Source of the DNA: an uncultured Gammaproteobacteria bacterium
GTDB lineage: Bacteria > Patescibacteriota > Patescibacteriia > UBA9934
Assembly: GCA_964452565.1 (NCBI GenBank)
Contig: CAYVLY010000001.1
Location: 451,053-515,052 of the forward strand
Length of the DNA stretch: 64,000 nucleotides
Reading direction: 5' to 3'
Positions 58,682 to 64,000 of this stretch are shown in pieces; the stretch's first letter is position 1, and the number at the start of each line of letters is the position of its first letter. Made by a program: the position numbers and the translations under genes. Below the pieces are notes generated by a model that saw only the letters and a program-made list of their open reading frames with translations, was not told where the DNA came from and searched no databases.

Positions 58682-60511
58682 ATGAAACCACTATCAAAAA
58701 ATCTAATTATCTTCTTTCTTGTTGTATTGGCGCTGGGAGTCATCTTTTCTTCATATAACCTCAAAGGTGATGAACCTGAGGTTATTGGTACTTCAGATCT
58801 AGTTGAAAAAATCACCAATAACGAAATCGACCGAATCGAAGTTGAGGAAGACACACTTTCAATCTTTGCACTTGATGAGACTGAGTATGAGGTGAAGAAG
58901 GAGTCAGGTGAATCACTTTCTGACCTTCTTACAAACTACGGAATTACGAGCGAGCAACTTGCAGCAGTAAATATCCAAGTTGTTGAACCAAGCATGTGGA
59001 TCTCACTTCTTCGAACAATCCTTCCGACTCTTATCTTCTTGATTGGATTCCTAGTCATCTTCTGGTTTTTGATAAATCAGATGCAGGGGGCAAATAATCG
59101 AGCAATGAGCTTTGGGCAATCAAAAGCAAAAGAAGTAACCAGTAAAAAAGATCGGGTATCATTTAAAGACGTTGCAGGTGAAGCAGAATCAAAAGAAGAA
59201 CTAACTGAAGTTGTTGATTTTCTAAAATCTCCAAAAAAGTACACGGAGGTAGGAGCAAAAATTCCTAAGGGAGTGCTTCTAATGGGTCCCCCAGGAACTG
59301 GTAAGACCTTACTTGCCCGGGCAGTAGCAGGAGAGGCCAATGTTCCATTCTTCCATATCTCAGGTTCTGAGTTTGTGGAGATGTTCGTAGGAGTTGGAGC
59401 TTCTCGTGTGCGTGACTTGTTTGCAAAAGCAAAGAAGGCGGCGCCATGTATTATATTTATTGATGAGATCGATGCTGTTGGACGCCAACGCGGAGCTGGA
59501 CTTGGAGGTGGGCATGATGAACGAGAGCAGACACTAAACCAAATCTTGGTTGAGATGGACGGGTTTGCACCAAACAATGGAGTCATTCTAATTGCTGCCA
59601 CTAACCGACCAGATGTTCTTGACCCTGCGCTATTACGACCCGGACGATTTGATCGACGTATTACCCTTGATCTTCCACCACTTAAAGATCGAAAGGCAAT
59701 TCTAGACATCCACGCCAAAGGCAAGCCACTTGAGGACAATGTTGATGTTGAACGCATTGCACAAAGAACTGTGGGATTCTCAGGAGCAGACCTAATGAAT
59801 ATCATGAACGAAGGTGCGATCTTAGCTGCTCGAAATAACAACAAAACTATCTCACAGAAGAATCTACTTGATGCGATTGAGAAGGTAATGCTCGGACCTG
59901 AACGCAAGAGCAGCATCTTGTCTGATAAAGAACGCAAAGTCACTGCATATCACGAAGCAGGTCATGCCATTGTTGGACACATGCTTCCAAACTGCGATGA
60001 TGTTCATAAAATCTCAATAATCTCACGAGGACGCGCTGCAGGATACACCATGAGTCTTCCAAGTGAGGACAAGAAGATGCACTTCCGTGCGGAGTTCATT
60101 GATGATCTTGCAATGATGCTTGCTGGGTACGCTATTGAGAAGCAAACCTTCGGGGATATCACAACAGGAGCATCAAATGACCTGCAACGGGCCACGAAAC
60201 TTGCAAAAAACCTAATCACTCAATATGGAATGAGTGACAAGATGGGACCGAGAACATATGGAGAGCGCGAAGATCTGGTATTCCTTGGAAAAGAGATAAA
60301 AGATCGACGCAACTACTCTGAACAAACTGCACAAGAGATTGATGAAGAAATTCTACGACTTGTTAACGACGCGCTCGAAACCGCCAACAAGGTTGTAAAA
60401 GAAAACAACGAAAAGGTTGAAAAAATAGTTGAAGTTCTTCTTGAGAAAGAAACAATTGAGAAAGAGCAGTTTGAAGAACTCATGGGACCAAAGGTTGAAG
60501 AAAAAGAATAG
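58682..60511 (+). CDS. ftsH: ATP-dependent zinc metalloprotease FtsH
   Basis: 609 aa with a transmembrane region, a Walker A motif [18 protein letters not shown], the SRH and the [10 protein letters not shown] zinc site. Confidence 0.95.
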   Translation: MKPLSKNLIIFFLVVLALGVIFSSYNLKGDEPEVIGTSDLVEKITNNEIDRIEVEEDTLSIFALDETEYEVKKESGESLSDLLTNYGITSEQLAAVNIQVVEPSMWISLLRTILPTLIFLIGFLVIFWFLINQMQGANNRAMSFGQSKAKEVTSKKDRVSFKDVAGEAESKEELTEVVDFLKSPKKYTEVGAKIPKGVLLMGPPGTGKTLLARAVAGEANVPFFHISGSEFVEMFVGVGASRVRDLFAKAKKAAPCIIFIDEIDAVGRQRGAGLGGGHDEREQTLNQILVEMDGFAPNNGVILIAATNRPDVLDPALLRPGRFDRRITLDLPPLKDRKAILDIHAKGKPLEDNVDVERIAQRTVGFSGADLMNIMNEGAILAARNNNKTISQKNLLDAIEKVMLGPERKSSILSDKERKVTAYHEAGHAIVGHMLPNCDDVHKISIISRGRAAGYTMSLPSEDKKMHFRAEFIDDLAMMLAGYAIEKQTFGDITTGASNDLQRATKLAKNLITQYGMSDKMGPRTYGEREDLVFLGKEIKDRRNYSEQTAQEIDEEILRLVNDALETANKVVKENNEKVEKIVEVLLEKETIEKEQFEELMGPKVEEKE

Positions 60512-60513
60512 TC

Positions 60514-60548
60514 AAAAAAACCGCCAAGCTCAACTTGGTGGTTTTTTA
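60514..60548 (+). terminator. Intrinsic terminator after ftsH: CCGCCAAG ctca CTTGGTGG followed by a T6 run
   Basis: aaaaaaaccgccaagctcaacttggtggtttttt. Confidence 0.65.
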
Positions 60549-60652
60549 TTATACATAAAGAACCCCCACGCGAACGCAGGGGTTCGAGGGGGCAACCGCA
60601 TTTTATAAAAAAGACCACCCTGCAAAGAGGGGCGGCCTCTTGAGGGTGGGTA

Positions 60653-60982
60653 TCAGTCGATGTTGGCGATGGGGCAAAGCACCACCGTGCCATCGATTGC
60701 CACAGCCCAACCTTCCCAGACTGTAGCGCTTTCAGTATCGCGCCAGTCGTCGAGGGGAAGGTTGGGAAGCTGATGCTCCAGCTCCACCCTCAGCTCGTCG
60801 TTCTTGCCGATTTCGTATATCTCTTCAGGGGTCAGTTCCCTGCCCCAGAGATATTCGATCATCGGAACGACGCTTTCAGATCCCTCCACATAGCAGCCAA
60901 ACACTCTAGCGATCGTCATGGGGTCAAACCCCTGGTGCGAGGCGAGAATAGCAGTAGTGGGGGTGGGGGTCGAAGCAGACAT
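60653..60982 (-). CDS. Hypothetical protein (109 aa) in a GC-rich cassette
   Basis: It is driven by copy B of the conserved promoter-leader module. The gene is about 60% GC. Confidence 0.45.
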   Translation of the reverse strand: MSASTPTPTTAILASHQGFDPMTIARVFGCYVEGSESVVPMIEYLWGRELTPEEIYEIGKNDELRVELEHQLPNLPLDDWRDTESATVWEGWAVAIDGTVVLCPIANID

Positions 60983-61084
60983 GAGGTCTCCCTTGCGGGT
61001 TCGTCAGACGAGATTGTCTAACGGTGGCCGACCTCAGTCGGACACTAAGTCGTGTGGATGCCAACCCATGCGACCATGAACATA

Positions 61085-61152
61085 CTCTTTCAATGAACAA
61101 CAGAATAATAGCACAAAAAAGCACTTTTGTCAAGAGTTTTGCTTGATTTTTG
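61085..61152 (-). repeat. Copy B of the conserved promoter-leader module (minus strand: TTGACA, 17-nt spacer, TATTAT, then GTTCATTGAAAGAGTATGTT)
   Basis: About 85% identical to 38035-38103. The -35 is at 61128-61133 and the -10 at 61105-61110. Confidence 0.6.
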
Positions 61153-61258
61153 GGCTAATTTAAAACAAAAAACTCAACCACCTATTCCTTTTATAGCGAT
61201 CTCACTATTAACTTGGATTCATGTTCCAATCTCTGACTTCTGCTATAATAAAATCACT

Positions 61259-62185
61259 ATGAAACATGAAAAAACAATAGAAAAGATTGCGCTAGTATGT
61301 TCGGTGATTCTGCTGGCAGTCTTCCTCTTCAAAGATGCTCATTGGTTCTGGGTTGACGCCTCGTTCCTATTGACTATCTTCATCCTTACAAGTCTGACAA
61401 GGACTCTAAAATGGTCCTGGGGGTTGATGACATTCTTGCAGGGTATGTTTATAAGCTTTGGTCTTACCTTTCTGTTTGGTGCTTTGATCACAGCGTTAGG
61501 TGCTGAGCCACATACTATTATTCGATCAATACTTGTTGGGCCAGCTGAAGAACTTTTCAAGCTTGTACCTGTATTAATAGCAATAGTGATATTCAAACAA
61601 TTCAGAAAACGTCCATTCAATCTTTCAGACTTTGCATTCCTTGGAGCTATGGCTGGCGGAGGCTTTAGCATGGTGGAAAAGTTCTTCTGGGAAGGAATAC
61701 ACTTCCCATTCACCTATGGACCTCACCTCGGAGATTGGTACTTGTTTGGTGACGCTCTTGGAGTCTATGCTGGCGGAGGTCAATTCGGATATATAGGCCA
61801 CGCAGCAGCAACAATGCTAATAGCAATTGGTATTGGATTTGCATGGCGACTTGCAAAGCAATACCCCGGCAAACCATGGCAGCTTATTCCGATTATTGTA
61901 TTCGCATGGGTAGCAATTGAGCACATCATTTTAAACAGCTACTATGCTGGAGCAGATGCAATTATGATTCTTGGCGGTGGAATGATAACTCCATGGATTG
62001 GACTTCTAATGTTGATCGGTGTACTGGCCTGGGACTTCTTGGATCAAAGACAACTCCTACAAGACAAGCGCTGGAAAAAGATATGGAAAAAAGCTTGGTC
62101 AATCAAATCAGTAAAGGATGTCGTGCAACTGTTTAGATTCTTACGCGTTCTCAATCTTGAAAGTTTAGACAAAGCTTACAAATAG
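61259..62185 (+). CDS. Polytopic membrane protein, possibly a PrsW-like or CPBP-like intramembrane protease; start taken at MKHEK because the upstream part of the track ORF overlaps promoter module B
   Basis: An EELFK (EExxK) motif in a transmembrane helix and downstream conserved His residues. This is pattern recognition only. Confidence 0.4.
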   Translation: MKHEKTIEKIALVCSVILLAVFLFKDAHWFWVDASFLLTIFILTSLTRTLKWSWGLMTFLQGMFISFGLTFLFGALITALGAEPHTIIRSILVGPAEELFKLVPVLIAIVIFKQFRKRPFNLSDFAFLGAMAGGGFSMVEKFFWEGIHFPFTYGPHLGDWYLFGDALGVYAGGGQFGYIGHAAATMLIAIGIGFAWRLAKQYPGKPWQLIPIIVFAWVAIEHIILNSYYAGADAIMILGGGMITPWIGLLMLIGVLAWDFLDQRQLLQDKRWKKIWKKAWSIKSVKDVVQLFRFLRVLNLESLDKAYK

Positions 62186-62189
62186 TCAT

Positions 62190-62501
62190 ATGGAAATATT
62201 AGAACTAATCGATTTAGTCGGTGCATTCCTCGACGGACACGCTGCATCACAAGGTAGTGGCGGAACATTGGCAGGAATCCTTGGAATATCACTTGGTGGC
62301 GCTGGTGGTTTCAGCTTTCACAGAGCAGCAGCCACCTATGTCGATCCAGATCATCCGCTGGCATATGGCAAGTCCACACCCGCCGAACCAATACCAAAAT
62401 CACACCACGACCCACGCATTGATGCACTTTGGCGCGGAGAGCAACCAACTACTCTCGCTGATATAGCTGAAGCGGCTCGAGAAAGCGGGGCAATAAAATA
62501 A
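62190..62501 (+). CDS. Hypothetical Gly-rich protein (103 aa)
   Basis: An ORF followed by the terminator AGAAGCGC aaac GCGCTTCT plus a T-run at 62510-62540. Confidence 0.4.
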   Translation: MEILELIDLVGAFLDGHAASQGSGGTLAGILGISLGGAGGFSFHRAAATYVDPDHPLAYGKSTPAEPIPKSHHDPRIDALWRGEQPTTLADIAEAARESGAIK

Positions 62502-62703
62502 TGGACATAAAAAAGAAGCGCAAACGCGCTTCTTTTCTCATCTTAGCCACACTGCGAGCACGTTCATGCTTATCCCCGGGCAGGAGAACGGAATAGCATT
62601 TTGCGTGACATTTATCCATATAAACAAATGGAGCTCAAAATGCCCGTTTGTATGTCAGGGGTAATGCATGGACAGCGCAGCACTGTGGCTAGCAGTTTCT
62701 TTT

Positions 62704-62788
62704 CCCCATTTCTTTGCTGCTTCAAAGAAATGGGGCCCTGGGCCTGCCTGCCGGCAGGCAGGGGTTTGGGGGACGGAGTCGCCCCCAA
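62704..62788. repeat. Three consecutive GC-rich hairpins: a 13-bp perfect stem CCCCATTTCTTTG/CAAAGAAATGGGG, a 20-bp perfect palindrome CCTGCCTGCCGGCAGGCAGG, and TTGGGGGAC ggag TCGCCCCCAA
   Basis: Read directly. The cluster is intergenic and lies upstream of the -10 box (TATAAT at 62848-62853) of the next gene. Confidence 0.55.
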
Positions 62789-62882
62789 GGAGTTATCGAG
62801 ATTCAAAAGATCCCTCGACTTTGCTCGGGATGGGTTAGTGCTACATTTTTTGCTATAATAACAACGATATTAACAAGGAGGT

Positions 62883-63872
62883 ATGTCACTTTCGAAGTCA
62901 ATGGATACTTACACAAAAATCATCAAGAAAGCTTGCGAAATTACGCTTGCGCAAAAAGAATGGTGGGCGCTGGCTGCGCTTGCTGGACTCGTGCACACAG
63001 GAGCGATTTTCAACATGCTCATTCGATCTTTCTTGCACTTACAACCCGCAACAGAACTAGATGTATCGGCGCTACAGCAGATCAGCCCATTCTTTGCATG
63101 GGTGCTAAGCTATGCGCGTAATCTAACACTTCTCGAAACCCCACATCTTTTGGGTTACCTCTTAGTATCGGTCGTGGTATTCGTAATCATTGCGCTCTTA
63201 GCGCTTACAGCTCAGTACATTCTCCTATTTATCGTATCAAAAGGAAAAAAGAACATAAGTTGGAGGATGATCCGAAGAAAACTTCACCATATCCATATCT
63301 TGCGACTCTTTAGCGTGAACGCTGTGATGAGAATTCTATTTACAATAATTATTGGACTTACAACCTTGGCACTTGCGTTTGCAGTAACTGAATCACTTTT
63401 TGTAGATGCACTTTGGAGCGTTGGAATCTATGCAGTAGCACTTCCACTTGCTTTCATAACCCAAATCTTTGGAATGCTGTGCTTGATTCAACTTGTAAAA
63501 AAAGATATCAGTCTAGGAAAGGTGATTCACAAAGTAACAAACCTGCTACACAAGCACTGGCTAACTGCTTTTGAACTTGCGCTGATACTATTTGTGATCA
63601 ACTTCCTAACTTCAGGCGTGCTCTTTGTTGTCTTGATCTGCTTTGCGATCTTAGCAGGTATCGCATTTGAAATGGCGCTTGCAGTTGGTTCATACATCCT
63701 AATGTCAGTCGTGACATTCCTCTCACTGCTAATCTCAGCTGCGATCCTTCTTATCTATGCTGGAGGAATCACAACATTTAACTACAGTGCGTGGACAAAG
63801 CTGTCTGACCACCTAAATAGGTATCCACACTTCCCTGCAATTGAACACGCAATAAAAAAGTTTATTAAATAG
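62883..63872 (+). CDS. Hypothetical polytopic membrane protein (329 aa)
   Basis: AAGGAGG lies 7 nt before the ATG, TATAAT sits about 35 nt upstream, and the protein has about 8 transmembrane helices. Confidence 0.55.
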   Translation: MSLSKSMDTYTKIIKKACEITLAQKEWWALAALAGLVHTGAIFNMLIRSFLHLQPATELDVSALQQISPFFAWVLSYARNLTLLETPHLLGYLLVSVVVFVIIALLALTAQYILLFIVSKGKKNISWRMIRRKLHHIHILRLFSVNAVMRILFTIIIGLTTLALAFAVTESLFVDALWSVGIYAVALPLAFITQIFGMLCLIQLVKKDISLGKVIHKVTNLLHKHWLTAFELALILFVINFLTSGVLFVVLICFAILAGIAFEMALAVGSYILMSVVTFLSLLISAAILLIYAGGITTFNYSAWTKLSDHLNRYPHFPAIEHAIKKFIK

Positions 63873-63875
63873 TTA

Positions 63876-64000
63876 TGGCTGATGGATTGCCATCAATTGA
63901 AGATCTTCTGAAAAAATCTGCGCCAGCACCGCAGCCTATTTCTGATGCAAAAGAAGAAGAGGTAAAGGGGGCAGAAGTGGTAAAAGAGGCAGAGGAGCCA
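63876..64000 (+). CDS. 5' end of an unknown gene (MADGLPSIEDLLKKSAPAPQP...), which runs off the window
   Basis: The ATG at 63876 and an open reading frame that continues to the window end. Confidence 0.3.

Noticed and set aside
62601-62858. ORF 62601..62858 (+) covering the triple-hairpin element
   Set aside because: The translation is driven by palindromic GC hairpins (CLPAGRGLG...) and no Shine-Dalgarno motif precedes it. It is more likely a non-coding structured region.

Overview
This 64-kb window looks like a Patescibacteria/CPR-type chromosome segment, possibly Saccharibacteria-like (inference from gene content and composition). Housekeeping genes are AT-rich, roughly 38-42% GC by eye. 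Coordinates 1-16758 hold a nearly uninterrupted minus-strand str-S10-spc ribosomal superoperon: rpsL-rpsG-fusA, a 2-kb insert, tuf-rpsJ-rplC through rplO-secY. It has no rpmD (L30) between rpsE and rplO. Downstream are core genes: S2P protease, murA, ndk, split comEC, leuS, gdhA, trxB/trxA, infB, truB, rny, hup, proS, tRNA-Lys and tRNA-Arg, rnc, nusB, rpmF, gyrA, rpsA and ftsH. No CRISPR array, cas operon, transposase or integrase was seen. The unusual content lies between and inside these genes: (1) About a dozen short cassettes at roughly 55-66% GC each carry one or a few ORFan genes, often with their own sigma70-like promoter and intrinsic terminator. The largest (27950-31250) encodes a Hanks-type Ser/Thr kinase plus secreted or lipoprotein partners. 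Two of these cassette genes share a conserved promoter-leader module. (2) Two paralogous GC-rich small-protein genes (12356-12598 and 46759-46989) share a 15-codon block whose differences are almost all synonymous. The second lies next to a tRNA-Lys 3'-end duplication, an integration scar. (3) LeuRS carries a roughly 200-aa in-frame insertion resembling LinA/ANT(2'')-type nucleotidyltransferases. (4) A C-rich/G-rich hairpin repeat family includes one copy inserted in-frame in truB. (5) A standalone Cas2-fold protein sits next to comEC. (6) A roughly 270-nt promoter-to-terminator unit with no convincing ORF lies between ndk and murA. Identifications rest on reading the six-frame translations and the DNA directly. 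No database search or RNA-model search was run.
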